DNA of 64,000 nucleotides from Camelus dromedarius (Eukaryota), in NCBI RefSeq assembly GCF_036321535.1, contig NC_087438.1, positions 13,084,001 through 13,148,000 on the forward strand. Direction: 5' to 3'. The notes under the pieces were generated by a model, which ran no database searches, was not told the DNA's origin, and was given only the letters and a program-made list of their open reading frames with translations. Positions 1-13,429 of the stretch are shown one piece after another; the first letter of the stretch is position 1; every line of letters starts with the position of its first letter. A program made the position numbers and the translations under genes.

Positions 1-1251
1 GGCAATTTTTACTTCTGCAATAGCTTTCCTGTCTGATAACTTGACATCTATAATTTTGGACATTAGAGCAACTATATGACACTTTAAACAAAGCTCACTA
101 AAACATACATAGCCATGGTGCTGGCCAAAAGCAAACAGATGAATCAAATGAGAAAGGGAAAAGGAAGAGATACATGAATATCAAAGTGAAATAAATATAC
201 CTAAATTAGAGAGACTTTAAATCCACTTTTTATAGCTGTGACTACATTGGCAGAAACTGAATGATTTAAATGTTCAGGATCCATTGATACATTTTCAGAC
301 TTCAAATGCCATTTGTTTTGAACTCACACACACAGTGACCTTACATTATTTTTTTCCCCTCTGATTAGGAGGGACATGGTTATCTCACTAATAGAAATGT
401 GGTCTGTGAGAGTATCCTGGCTAATAGATAATTCCCATGCTACCCAAATACTTAAGTGAATTTGAAGCATGTGTTCAGCTTGAAAGCCATTTGGATAACG
501 CAACCAACCACACACAACTGTTGGGGCATTACCCAAAGGAAAATGCAGAAAATGAAATTGTTGGCAAAGATAATCACTGTGAGTTGAGTGCAGGGTCTGA
601 GAGCAGGAGGCTTTCCGGAATACCACACTGTCTATTGTGAGCAAGTAAAGAAAAGATGTTTTAAATTTGGAACAAAGTGGCCATTGTCTAAGATCCCTTA
701 GTGAATTGGGTAATAAAAGTATAGAGGCTTTTATTTTATTAAGGTCACCAAAAAATTATAACCCGGGAGAGCTGGCTCAGTGGGCAGAGTTGGAGGTGTT
801 TTACAAGTGATAATCCTGTGGTGTAGAATGACGTTTTTTGGACTAGGTAATACTGTTGTGCTTCCTCTGAGTGTTCCTTTGTTTTGTGTTAGAAAGAAGC
901 AGTAGAGAAGATGGAGAGACAGCATAACAGGATCAGGGGTATTGAATTCGAAAACGATACTATCATCCTCACTATGGTGGAAAGTGAAGAATCAGAACAC
1001 CGAATGCCGAAAAGAGAGGTGATGTATGAATCCAGGATGTATCCACTCTGAGAATTCTGGTTAAAAGGAGTGAGTGTGTGAAATGAAAATAATCTAGTAG
1101 AGGCGTTCTTAACCAAGGCACACAGACTTGGAAAAGGTGTTGTTTTGTAAATCTTGATTGATACAAGATATTTGGATTTTACCAAAACTAAATTAGAACT
1201 CTACATTCAGATCATATCAGCTTTTTGAAGTAAAACACTAGTAGGGTGGCC

Positions 1252-1894
1252 TGTTAGAGCAGGCAGATAGCTAGATATGAGCAGAGATAGGGGGACACAG
1301 ACCAAATGGCAGGGATTGGGCAGAAAGGAGGGGCACAGGCCAAATGCAGGAACCCACACATCGTGTAAGCAGCAGGGATCCTTGGGCAGAGAAAGAAAAG
1401 CAGGATCCTTGGGGCTGATAAGGGATCATGCCTTTTAGGGTGACAAGTGGCCTGGAGAAGAACAAAGAAAGGTGAGAAAAGGCAGGAATTTCTTGTGTCC
1501 GAATGTAACCTTTTGCTCATTATGCCCTCATTTCAATAAAATTAGCCTTGCAGATCAGAAGTACCCATCATGCACCGATGCCATGACACTTCTCAACCAG
1601 ACTAAATAAGGACAAAAATCCCTCCTCCCTTTGGGAAGGGATGGAGGATGATGACCCCAAACCCTTCCCTCCCCAATGAATATTCTGCCCATTCATTTTT
1701 ATACCCTATGTAGCTAACTTGCCAAAGAAACTCAGGGCAGCTACTCACCTGAGCCTGCCTGCTCTCCCCTGAGAGTGTACTATCCATCCTTTAATAAATC
1801 CTCACTTCAACTTTTTTAACCACTACGTCTTATCTCTGAATTCTTTCTGAGACGGGACAAGAACCTGGAACTCCGGTTGCATCTGTCGGCAACA
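1252..1894 (+). mobile_element. Solo LTR of an ERV1-class endogenous retrovirus (643 bp)
   Basis: Starts TGTT and ends AACA; perfect 4-bp TSD GGCC at 1248-1251 and 1895-1898; AATAAA at 1793-1798 followed by a U5-like 'ctctgaattctttctgagac...aagaacc'. A 4-bp TSD is typical of ERV1. Confidence 0.9.
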
Positions 1895-3079
1895 GGCCAA
1901 CAATAAAAAGCAATGAAATAGAGAGTCCATGATCCCAGCATAAAAAAGAGAGAGAAGCATGAAAGGGTAGCATTGGGTTACCACGATTCATAAAGAAAAA
2001 CTCTTATAAGTAAATTAGTTTAAAAGATTATAGTAAGACATTAACCAATCTCTTTATTTTGAAATTCTATAATTCACTGTTAATTGTAAAATTTTTTTTG
2101 GATCTTGTGTAAATTAATTGATACATAGAAAAGTGAAAAGGGGTTATCAGATGACTTTTGGGGTGAGAGAGGGAGAGGGTGTGATGCAATATTATTATTT
2201 TCACTTCTCTTAAGTTCCTAGAGTTGAGCTGCAATTGTGTAGGCTAATGTTCATTTTTCATTCAATATACAGTCCAATTCTCTAGTCAAAAACTAAAAGC
2301 CTGTCCATTCATAATTTTTATATTCATCAATAGATTTGGTTTTTTCTATCATTATTAATTTGATTAACTTTGCATTAAAGTAGAGACATTTAAGTGTAAA
2401 TTTTAGAGACAGACTTTGTATTCAGGTTCAGAAAACCTGATGAGTACATCTTTCTTTACTACCAAAATCCAATTAAAATGAAAGAATTATAAGAATAAAA
2501 GATAATCCATAGTGACTAGGAAATCTTCATGGGTACCATTAGTGAATCTCAAACAGTAAGTTGTCTAAAGCATAGAGAGAAAAAAGAATTCAATTGCTGA
2601 CAAATATGAGATTATGTGTACCCACCCAGGAAAGCCCTTAAATCAGATACAGCATAACCTCGGACATCCTATGGGCAGGGAGAGAGATTGTGATGCAAGA
2701 TTTCAGAATGGCTATTCCAGAGTCCAATCTCAAGAGGCCAAGCACCGGTGTCTGTTCTCAGTAAAGCTGTAAGAGGTGGACAGATGAAGCAGGTCACCTG
2801 CTACTTCCAACGTGAGAAATTGAGGCCTGAAAGAGAAAGAGGAAGGCTCCAGGTAATTTTGTGCCACAGCAAACAAGGAGCATCTCCTCTGAAAGCCAGA
2901 ACCCTGCTAACTCAGCAGGAGATACTGACCATGATCATAGGCCAGGCTCTCTCACGATCGCCAGGGCTCTGAAACCAACAGCTGATTGGATTACCAGGTA
3001 CCACTGAGTATTCTAATAGCTGAGGAAACCCATCCCATTTGCCAAGACTGCTTAAGATATTCATATACATATTAATGAA

Positions 3080-3620
3080 TCATCAAAAGTCAAAGACTAT
3101 TTAGGAAGAATATGAAATAATATGTAGAGGTATAAAAAGAGCTATTCAAGAAATAGGAAAAAGCACTTCAAAAAATCTATTCTTTATACTAGAAAACTCC
3201 AGTGAACATCATATTTCCAAACTGAGAAAAGTTGCTAAAAAGAAAAACAGTTGTGGAAATAAAAGATTCTTCCTACAACAGCAATAGCAACAACTATAAC
3301 AACTCAACTGAAGTGCTGAATACCAGAATAGATTTGGTAAAATGATTAATTATCATGAAGATGGAGTAGAGTCATTTGCCCAGGAGTCAATAAAAAAGTA
3401 AAAGCAAGTAAATTAAAAAGAAAACACATGAAAAAAAAGGGAGAGAGAGGGAGAAGGGAAGAAGCTAGAGGATGAATCCAGAAAGTGCAATATTAGTTTA
3501 AAATTTATTCCAGAAAGGGAGAACAAAGAGGAATGACAGAAAACAATAATTGAAGAACTCTATAAAAGTTCTCTAATGTAAAAACGACTCATGCTTCAGA
3601 TTAAAAGTGCTCACATAATG
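3080..3620 (+). mobile_element. Old L1M/HAL1 ORF1-region fragment, highly degraded
   Basis: A-rich sequence with L1 ORF1-like motifs ('gaggatgaatccagaaagtgcaatatt...ttccagaaagggagaacaaagagg...cttcagattaaaagtgctcac'); no intact ORF. Confidence 0.6.
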
Positions 3621-3864
3621 TCTTCCCAGCATCTTAGGCTCTCCTGAACAGATTTTCAGTGTCTGGAGAATTTGAGATGGGTTATCTAGTTTCACCCTGG
3701 GGGACAACTTGCTGCCTTTGTTGGGACGCGTGGACTCAAGTTGGAGCAGATGTTACACAGACAGCGTTTTAACTCCCTACTTCCTGCTCTCTCCCAGTCT
3801 GGGGGTTCTTTGGTGGGGTTCACCACTGAGGAAAAGCCCTTTCCTCTGCAGTCCTTTCCAGTAC

Positions 3865-4514
3865 TGTTACCAAACCAAATTTGGGTCCCCTCGCCCATGT
3901 GCAGTCAAGCCAATCTACTGACATGGGGTTGTGGTGAAGAAAGGTGCAGCTCTTATTGCAAAGCCAGACAAGGAGTCCAGGCAGTTAATGCTCAAGAGAC
4001 CCAAATTCCCCAGTGGCTTTCAGGGAAAGGTTTATAAAGACAGGGTGACAGTGAGGGTTGTGGGGTGTATGATTAGCGCCCGGACTTTCTTATGATTGGT
4101 TGGTGGTGAGGTTATCTGGAGTCAACAACACTAACCTCTGGTTCCAACTAGTCTGGGGTCTACATGTTTGTGGTTAACTTGTGGTTAATGTCTTCCCCCT
4201 GGTCGGGGTTTCAGTATCTGCAGAACAGCTGAAAGAATATTAGCTTTGAAGTTTATCTATATTAGCTCACAATATGATCTATAGACCTTGAGCAGAAACT
4301 AAAGGTCCTTGACTTTGTTTAATGGCTAAACTATGATTATTTTGTCTTGCTTGACTGTTTTTCCTTTGTTTTGCATTTTCTCACTTCTCTGATTGACTGT
4401 ATTCTTTAGAATTTGGGGGAGGCCTAGGAAGCTGAAGTTCTACAAAAAAGAGATGGGCAAAGGACATGGGGAAGTCTGTCCGAGGATGGTCCCATAGGGT
4501 CTTGCTTGGTTACA
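3865..4514 (-). mobile_element. Solo LTR, ERV1-like (~650 bp)
   Basis: Terminal inverted ends TGTTACCAA...TTGGTTACA; on the minus strand a CCAAT box (plus 'gattggttgg'), TATA-like 'tttataaa' and a degenerate poly(A) signal (plus 'cttattg') lie in LTR order. TSD not cleanly preserved. Confidence 0.75.
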
Positions 4515-6712
4515 GACTGAACTATATTTGTCCTTGCAATATACCTGAACTGCTTTCTGTCACCAGCTACTGTCCTCTCTCAGTCTGGCTATGCCCCTCT
4601 CTTTATTGCCTCTTATTCGCCTACCATGTTTGTTCCGTTGCCTCTCTGGAAGGAGAGAAAAACATCAAACTGTGGTGTATCCTACATGTAAGATTAACTC
4701 TATCTTATAAAGACTAATCATGACAAAATAAAATTTACTGTTAGAAACTGAAGGCAGTGAATCAGAGGCCACTGTGCCTATTTCTCAACAACTCAACAAT
4801 TACAGGATTATGCCTTTGGAAAAATACAAATTTGGGGGAAAATCTCCTTAATTATATCTGAAAAAAACTCCCTCGAATTAACAATTACAAATTATATAAC
4901 CCTGATGATTGTGTTTTTGATCAGGTTTACAGAAATGGAAAGGATAGAATTACATAGAAAGAAAGAAATTAAAAACTGCAGCAGAGCACACTCCTTACAA
5001 TATAGTCTATTCACAGAAAATATATTAAAACTGTATGAATTGTGTCACTATGTGATTCAAATCCTCCATTTTAGCTCTTTTTCTAAAAGCATAACTAACA
5101 ATTTCAAAGATAGCTTATGTGCTGGAATATAAAATACATTTGAGAATTTAACTTCATTTTACTGAGACTTTTAATGACATAATGTAATTAATAAAACATT
5201 AAAGTGATTGATAAAAGGGTTGAATAAAACAGGACTAAAATTTATTTTTAGATCTCTGAGCTATGATATCTATAAATTTCTTACATCCAACTGTGTAATT
5301 GTCCAACTTGCATTTTTATCTTATTTCCAACAATATCATACACTTTCTTATTGAATGTTTTGATGAGCTTAACAAAGGCAGCACGGGGTGAAATGACATA
5401 GGGAGTCAGACAAAGCTGTGCGGTAACACTTACCATGGGTAGGATTTTTAGTACAATATTAACTTTTCCAAAAACCGTATCTGTCCACAAATGGGAATTG
5501 GGTCTGAATTGGGGCTGTGATATGCTTTAGCCAACAGAAATGGGTAGGCCTCTGAGGGTAGACCCGAAAGCCAGGTAGCTTTTATTTCCCAGTCAGAATA
5601 TCTGATTTTCTGGTTGTAATTGCCTACATTTCTCCTTAGCCTCCACGTCCTGGGTGTAAACCCTTTTAATTAAACCAACAAATCTTTTCTACAGTTCTAT
5701 TCTGGTCTTTATGGGAAGCACTCGGCTTCTTTCCAAGATACTCTTTCTCTGATGTTACATATCAAATCTGGAATATCAAATCCTGTTCCATGAAACCCAC
5801 AAACCATTAGCCACATGTTCCCTATAATCCTAGCCAGTTCTTATGAGAAAAAATAAAACAAAACCCTATCTATAGTCTTCTGCTTTATGAGAATAATAAC
5901 CTTGAAGAAAATGCACTCAAATATGAGAAATAGTTTTCAAAATCTTCTTTGATAAAAACATTAAGAAAACAAATGTCAAGGCTCTCACTTGACACAGTCT
6001 TCGAAAAGATCTCTCTCCAGGTTACTTTAATCTTTTCATTGATCTGTCAGACGTTAAGCCAGCAGTGACTAATCAACCTAATTTTCTTTAAAAATAATGC
6101 ATATTTCTGCATTGTAACCAGGGTATTATGAATAAACGTTTTCAAAACACTTTATCTTCTGTGTGTTCTGTGCTTACAGCATGTTTATTGTTTTACTAAC
6201 ATTGCAATCACATAATCCAAGAAAACATTTTATATTTTCTTGTTAAGTTTATGATGAGTCTGATGAAAACCACTTAGTTACATTTTTTAGCAAACTGCCA
6301 ACAGACCACATATAAAATGGTTTTCCCGAGTATTTTGCTTGGTCAACTTCATCGTTTGTGGAATCAGTGTTTCTGCCTGCCTGGGTAAGAAATGGCTTTT
6401 GTCAAACAGAAATCTCCAGAACATGTCTCATCCTCAAACATTGCTGAGATGATCAAAAGAGGTCTGAACATTCCACTTTAGTTTATTACTGTAATCTATT
6501 TACTGAACTAGACTTGAATTAAATTTTATTAGCCATGTTGTCTTTGATCAATTTTCATTGTATTCATTCTACAATTATTTATGCTTATTCCATCTTCCCT
6601 CACCTAATGGATGATCTCCTGAGCATCTTAGCAGCCAGGATGGAATGAGAAAGCTATGGGCTTAGAAAAAGCCCAGAGAATTTTTTAAATTACCCCCATT
6701 GGCACACTGCTG

Positions 6713-6714
<2 letters not shown>

Positions 6715-6746
<32 letters not shown>
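6715..6746. repeat. (GT)16 microsatellite
   Basis: Perfect dinucleotide run. Confidence 0.97.
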
Positions 6747-6748
<2 letters not shown>

Positions 6749-7409
6749 TTAATGAATTAGTTACCAGTTTGTAAAATTTGGGAAAGTTGGATTCACATAG
6801 TCAAACATTTACAATTGACTGGAAGAGTCCATTGTATTGTTTGATATTCTAAATCTCCGCTCACCACTTTAAGAAGCCAAGATTCAGAGAGAACAAGAAA
6901 CTTATGTATGGTTAAAAAAGAAGAAAAAAGCTCCTTATTGCTAAAGTCAGCATTCCAACTCAGATCTCTGATCTCAACTCTTGTGTTCTTTCCATCAGAT
7001 CCTGCAAATCCTGCAACCACAGTTTAGAGATAATGCTACTAAGATTTTCAGAAAATCTGTAATTTGCTCAACATAACACAGCTAGTAATAACAGCCAGAA
7101 GCAACTACACAGAAAAGTTCTTTTTCTACTAAAAGTCAAGCCCTCATCATCATTTCCAGGTGTACTTTTTTCCCCAGCTGAGGGTCCAGTCTTCCTATCT
7201 ATTGACCCGTAGTCCAGCCAAATCTATCCTCCTAATGGATATCGAGACAATGTGTTTGTAGAACCAACCACCACCTTCCAGCTCCTCCTTCCAGTTCTGA
7301 TGTTCTCTAGTGTTTATCAAATTTCATAGTGATCTTCATCTCATGCCAGAAACATGTTCCAAAAGAAAAACATCCTTCCTCATGAACCTCTTCTAGACTC
7401 CATACTGTC

Positions 7410-7447
7410 AAAAAAAAAAAAAAAAAAGAGAGAGAGAGAGAGAGAGC
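7410..7447. repeat. poly(A) followed by (GA)n
   Basis: Seen directly. Confidence 0.9.
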
Positions 7448-7484
7448 CAGTAAAGATCAGTGGCTTCTATTAATATTTACATCC

Positions 7485-7785
7485 ATCCATTATTTCTCAA
7501 ATAACTGCATCTGGTGGGTACGAGGAGCTGCTCCAGGCACCGGGGATGTGATGAGCAGACAGTATTTCTGCTCTAAAGAGACTCACTTTGCAGCAGGTGA
7601 AGGGGAAGCATAGAGACATTAAAAAAATTGTTGAAAGAAAATATGTTCTGGAAGTTATGAAGTCAAGATGAGGGACAAGCGCAAGGTGACATGGGTGATA
7701 GGATTGGGTGGGGTCCCTGTCGGTGGTCAGAGGAGGCCTCTTAATGCGACGTTTTGTGACGTGAGAGCTGAGTGTAAAGGATGCT
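7485..7785 (-). mobile_element. L2 3' fragment
   Basis: 'ccaggcaccggggatgtgatgagcagacag...ctgctctaaagagactcactttgcagcagg...ggtcagaggaggcctct' resembles the reverse L2 3' end. Confidence 0.55.
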
Positions 7786-7791
7786 GCTCCC

Positions 7792-8272
7792 TGTGGTTGC
7801 CGGCCCAGCATCCTCCTTCCTTCCTTTCATGCCCTGGCTGTGTTTACGTGCTATGAGATCACGTGCCATGAGGTCCAACCCTTCACCAGGAGATAAATTG
7901 TACTTAGTTTAAGCAAATTAGGTATTCTCACACACCGTACACAGCCTTAGACAATGAGATGTAAGGGGGCATCACCTGGGCTTTTCCAGAAATTTTTCTT
8001 CATTACTGAAAGAGGAGGCGTGCTCAGAGACTCGGCCATGGGAAGAGGCTGGATGTGGAGAAGCTACCTGTGACCTGTGACCATGAGAGGGGTTTCTTAC
8101 AGAATGGATGGAAAGGTGGACAGAGAGAGAAAAAAAAAAAACACCAGTCTCAGTGACATCATCAAGCACTGAATTAATCCAAGAATAGCCTTTATCCAAA
8201 CTTCCTGCTGTAGAAGAGATAAACCCCTTCTTGCTCAAAACTTTGTGCCCTAAAAGAGGCTAACTGATAACA
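7792..8272 (+). mobile_element. MLT1 (ERVL-MaLR) LTR, MLT1J/K-like
   Basis: Begins 'tgtggttgccggcccagcatcc'; 3' part 'gagataaaccccttcttgctcaaaac...ctaactgataaca' matches the MLT1 terminus. Confidence 0.65.
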
Positions 8273-8995
8273 GAAGTCATGCAGTGATGTATGAGTATAT
8301 GTGGGCATCTTTATGAACACACATGGAGTGGCATCCTTATGGGGACCATTACTCTATTATGTACTGACTATAAGCATTTTTTTTTTTTAGGATAAATAGA
8401 CAGCATGGTATAAAAAAGAAATACTAAAGAAGGATTGAATATTTAGGTGATGTGGAGGGACTGGAGCCATAGGACCAAGGAAAACATGAATTGATGACAA
8501 CAGCTAAAATTATGTGATCTGGCTTATAATTTCTTACGTTAGAAACTGTCAAGAATCTGAACAATCTCTTAGGTCCAAATATAAATTCTTTCCCCATGTC
8601 AGCTGCATTACTTAATTAGTGTTTATTTGCAAACCCTCAGCAATTAATTTCCATGAGTTTAGTGGTACTATGCCACATTCATAATTATATTTCTTTAAAA
8701 TATATGTGTATATAAGAATAATTAATTTCACTGAAGATACATGCATATATAAGGAACACCAGTAACTCTTATTCCCGTTCCTACAAAATCTCTGAAGTCA
8801 CCAAGTGCAAACAGATCAAGACAGTCATTTCTGTTTACAAAAGCTGAGGCCTTTTTCCAAATCAAGACCTGTGTCAGCCTTTTCTCTGCAGCATCTGAGA
8901 ACACCCCCCACCCACCTCCTCCTTCTGTCTGGAGAGCTAGGGCATCCTTCTCAGGATTACTAATGCTAGTCAACACTGGAAAATAGGGGTATTTA

Positions 8996-9013
8996 TGTGC
9001 CATCTACTGGATT
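8996..9013 (-). promoter_or_regulatory. CTCF-binding motif
   Basis: Minus strand reads aatCCAGTAGATGGCACa, matching the core CCASYAGRKGGCRS. Confidence 0.6.
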
Positions 9014-9636
9014 TTTTAGAAAAATGCATTTTCAAATACCCAGATGTTGCCTTTGAAAATTTCAGATATGTAGGCTCTTTTGATTTCTATTTACAGTTCT
9101 GCGAAAATTTGAGAGATGCCATAATGCTATTAAATTTTGGATGCACAGCTCAGCTTTCTTTGTGACACAGAACTAGATACCATAAGATGATAGAGAGCCA
9201 TTATCATATCATTTGCAAAAGTAAGAACATATCTAGATTAGTTCAGGTGTTAGGTGGTCCCTGTCCATGTTAAAATCATTACCCGGGAAGTCATGTCTCC
9301 TTTAACTTGCATCACTTTTTGACACAAGGACTTTAGTTTACTATAATTAAACAAAATGTTACTTCCTTTGCTTGTAAGTCCAACTCATCATATACATGAT
9401 CTTTATGGCTGCCTAAGCTTCAACTGCATCCTTGAAATTTGTGAGTTTCCGGTGTAATATCTATATTTTCATCAACCTTTCTACAAAAAAAAGCTCAGTT
9501 GCACTAAGTCAAAAATAACAATAATAATGGTCTTTTTCTGGGTCTTTATTCATTGAGGTGTAGCATCAAGAAATTTAGATCAAGTATTCTAGACCCCATG
9601 TACTTTTGTTTTAGATAAAACAATATGTATATGGAA

Positions 9637-9654
9637 AGATAGACAGATAGATAC

Positions 9655-9704
<50 letters not shown>
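9637..9704. repeat. (GATA)n tetranucleotide microsatellite
   Basis: Seen directly; imperfect at the 5' end. Confidence 0.95.
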
Positions 9705-11073
9705 CGATCTTTGCTATGTGAAACATATTGTTAAAAAAGTAAAAAGATTATCCATAGACTGAGATGTTTAAACCACTTTTCTCACAAAGTATGTGTATCC
9801 AGAATTAAGAACACCAAAACTCAATAATAAAAAAACAAACAACCCAAATAAAAAGAATGAACAAACTATCTAAATAGACACTTCATCAGATAAGGCTTAC
9901 TGATGGCAAAAAGCACATGAAATAATTATTCAAAAAATTATTCATTGGGCAAATGGAAGTGGAAACAAAGCTGATATTCTACTACACACTTGGACTGTTT
10001 AATTAAAAAACAATGACAATAACAAAGTGATGGTGAGAATATGGGCCACCTACTCCCTTCTTATATATTGAGGCTGTGAATGCAAAATGGCACTTTGTGG
10101 AAAACAATATGGTAATTTATCACAGAGTTAAACATACATGTTCATATGACCCAGCAATCCCACTTATTGGTGTTTTCTCAAGGTAAATGAAAACTTATGT
10201 TCACACAAAATCTAAATACACATGTTTACAGCAGCATTATTCATAATCAAACAAAAATTATATACAACCCATACGGTTTTCATTTGTTGGATAAATAAAG
10301 GAGGTTTAACACATCCATACAAAGAAATATTATTCTGCAATTAAAAAGGAAGAATGGATTATTGATTCATCAAAGAATTTATCTAAATTTATTTTGCTAT
10401 GTGAAAGACTCAAGAGCTACATATTATTTGTTTCAATTTAAATAACTTGGAAAAGGCAAAACTGTGGAAACAGAAAAAATCAGGTTTCACCAGGGGTGGA
10501 GGGAGGGTGTGGTTTAAGACGAGCATCAGAAGGCGATACCTGTGGTGTAGAACTTTCCTGCAGCACAGCTCTGGAGAATAAGACTACACATTTGTCAAGA
10601 CCAACTGAACTCCACAAAGAGCGAATTTTACTCTATGTAAATTAAAAAAAAAAACAGAATATGAAAAGAATACAAAATATAATATAAGACATATAAAAAA
10701 ACAGAAGCATACTGAGAGTGGGGAAGAAAATATGTAACCTAAGTAACTTTGGAAACCAGAATTTTGATGGGATGCTCTAAGACAATAGAAAGAAAAACAT
10801 TAAAAACACTAAAAAAAAAAAAACCCACTAAAAAACATATAAGATCTACATTTGGGTTAATAAATCTGTTTTTTTCCAGGAGTATGAGTATGGGAATCCT
10901 GAAAACTATGTTTTGCATATACTAAGATGGAAAAAGTAAATAAGTATCTTGTATGTAATGAGAGACAGATTTCTTACTTTTAGATAAGGCAGATAGAAAT
11001 AAGGAAAGGGGAAGTCTAGAACCAACCCTAAGTAGATATGGAATCAGAGGTGTCATTAAAAGCTTGATTGTTT

Positions 11074-11192
11074 GAGATCTTCTGCCAGAGTTCAGTAGGT
11101 ATTCTGTGAGAACTGTTTCACATGTAGACGTATTTTGGACGTATTTGTGGGAGAAAGTGAGCTCCACATTGTTCTATTCCACCATCTTGAAG
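11074..11192 (-). mobile_element. Isolated 5'-terminal fragment of a younger laurasiatherian L1
   Basis: Minus strand begins ttCAAGATGGtggaatag (YY1-type L1 5' start), followed by 'gtggagctcactttctcccacaaatac...acatgtgaaacagttctcacagaatacctactgaactctggcagaaga'. Confidence 0.65.
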
Positions 11193-11232
11193 TCTTTAAA
11201 AAACCTATGTTTTAAAATTATAGATGATGGAT

Positions 11233-11272
<40 letters not shown>
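11233..11272. repeat. (GATA)10 microsatellite
   Basis: Seen directly. Confidence 0.95.
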
Positions 11273-11273
<1 letters not shown>

Positions 11274-11534
11274 ATGTCTGTGTATGTATTGGTTGGTATA
11301 GATTCATACATGGTCCTTGTTCTATCCTCTCAGGTCTAAATTCAATGATACTCTAGTTGCAATGAGCATACCTAGAGCCCAAATCTTTGCTTCTAAATAT
11401 TACTCTCCATTTAAAGGATCGAGGATTGCTTAGGGAACTGGTAGATTCCAGGCCTAGAGCAGGGTAAATACAAGATAAATGTGAGAAGAAGATGTAGTTC
11501 TGAAAAGTAAAGAATTACTCAAAATAATAAAATG

Positions 11535-11679
11535 TTCACTATGAGGTGATGAATGTGTTAATTATCTTGACCTTGGTAATCATATCACAATATGTATGTA
11601 TAACAAATCATCATGTTATATACTTCAAATATACACAATTATATTTGTTAATTATCACCAATAAAGTACAAAAAAAAAG
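11535..11679 (+). mobile_element. L1MA/L1MB 3' end with poly(A), nested in the L1MC
   Basis: 'gaggtgatgaatgtgttaattatcttgaccttggtaatcat...caataaagtacaaaaaaaaaa'. Confidence 0.75.
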
Positions 11680-13429
11680 AGGAAAGGGAATAAATGTTGA
11701 AAGAGCTTAGAAGCCAACCTGTAAAAGCTCCCAACAGGCAAAGTTGGAATGATTTAAGCATTAAAATAAATATAATAATATTGGATAAAATCCACAGAGT
11801 AAAGTAAGCATTTGTAAGTTCACATTGGTAAAAGTAAATACTTAAATAATTCAATGAGGAAGAAGGGACAGCTCTCCCTCTCAGAAGAACTTTAATGAAT
11901 ATGGAAAAAAATGAAGGAAATAGTGAAGGAAAAGAAAATCACCATTAACAGAACATTGAATTTTGCAGTCAGTTTCTACAAATGGATGCTAAACTTAATG
12001 GTGAGAAAAATTAATTACAAAAAAAAAGATGGTGAGAAAAATTGGGTTACTTATTAATTACGAAGGGAGAAACAGGAATTACCAGTAGAGAAACCCAGCA
12101 GACACCAGATTAACTAAATGGTCAAGGTCAGGCCGTCAATATCAACATCACAATCTCCTGGGCTGAGGTACTCAGAAGGATGAATCATTTTTGTGATATT
12201 CTTGCTCCAAACACATAACCATAGTTGAAGCATGAGAGAAATAAGACTAACCCAAATTGCAGGGCATTCTACAAAATAATGTACTTCAACTCTTCAAAAA
12301 TGTCAAGGTCATGAAAAAGCAAGAAAACACAGAACACTTTCATACATTGGAGATTGAGGAGACATGACAACTAAATGCAGTGTGGGATCCTGGAACTGAA
12401 AAAACTAAAGTGGAAATACTGTGGAATCCAAGCAAGTCTTCAGTTTAGTTCACTATGTCCATGTTGACGATTTAGTTTTACTAAAAGTACTATGTTATGC
12501 AAGATCCAATATCAGGAAAAGCTAAATGAAATACATATGGGAACTTATTGTACAAGTTTTATAATTTTTCTGTAAATCTAAATTATTCCAAAATAAAACT
12601 GAAATACTATACTTTTTTTACAGGTAACTGTCTTAATATTTATCTATCAAAATTTGTGTGTGTATGTTTACTTTAAATTTAGTCATGTACATGTTTTTGG
12701 ACATTTCATCTCATTTTTTACACTTTGATGTTGCAATATTTGTTTTTTATATTTCAGATACTTTTGTCATTATTTTTCATTCAGATGTTACTTTTTAACT
12801 TCTCTCAATTTTTCCTAATTGTTTGCAAAGGTCAGTCAGACACATCAGCTTTTTAAAAACAACCTTCCATTTTGTTCTCCATCTGTTTAACACATTTTGA
12901 CATATTTATTGGTTGTGCTATATACCATTATCTTTAGGTTTTTCTTTTTTCTTTTTCCTGTCCTCTTAAATTTGTCAACATGAGAGGTAAACTGAGGCAA
13001 GCTCAAATTACCAGAAGTTGAGTTCATTTGGGAATGGCAGGGGGACTGCGATTCAGGAAATGGACGCCATAACCAGTTGCAAGAAAATCCGTGGAGCATT
13101 TGGGGTGGGGTGGGCTGGACTTGTAGGAGCAGAGCTGATAAGGGAAAGTCCAGACAGAGTCCAAACAGTGAGTTCATGGGCTTAAGGATGGGAAGGGATT
13201 CTTGGGATATTCTTTGGTCAGGACTTATGTGTCCATCTTCTGTAAATCAGGCGTTTACAGGAAATCTATCTCTCAGTTCTTAAGTTCTGTTCTTCTGAGG
13301 GTGCCTGAATGAGATTCTCCATTTCATATTATCTGGTTCCAAGTTAGATTGACAGCTCCACAAATTAAAACAAATGTTCCTACAAATCGTTCTTTTTTTC
13401 TTTTATAATCCACAGCATTTGATAAATAT

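Larger units (their letters stand above)
9708..12600 (+). mobile_element. Old L1MC-type LINE (ORF2 end plus long 3' UTR), interrupted by nested inserts
   Basis: ORF2 C-terminal motifs ('aaatagacacttcatcaga', 'atatgacccagcaatcccactt', 'atgaaaacttatgttcacacaaaa') and L1MC 3' UTR motifs ('gagacatgacaactaaatgcagtgtgggatcctgga', 'ctgtaaatctaaattattccaaaataaaa'). Confidence 0.8.
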
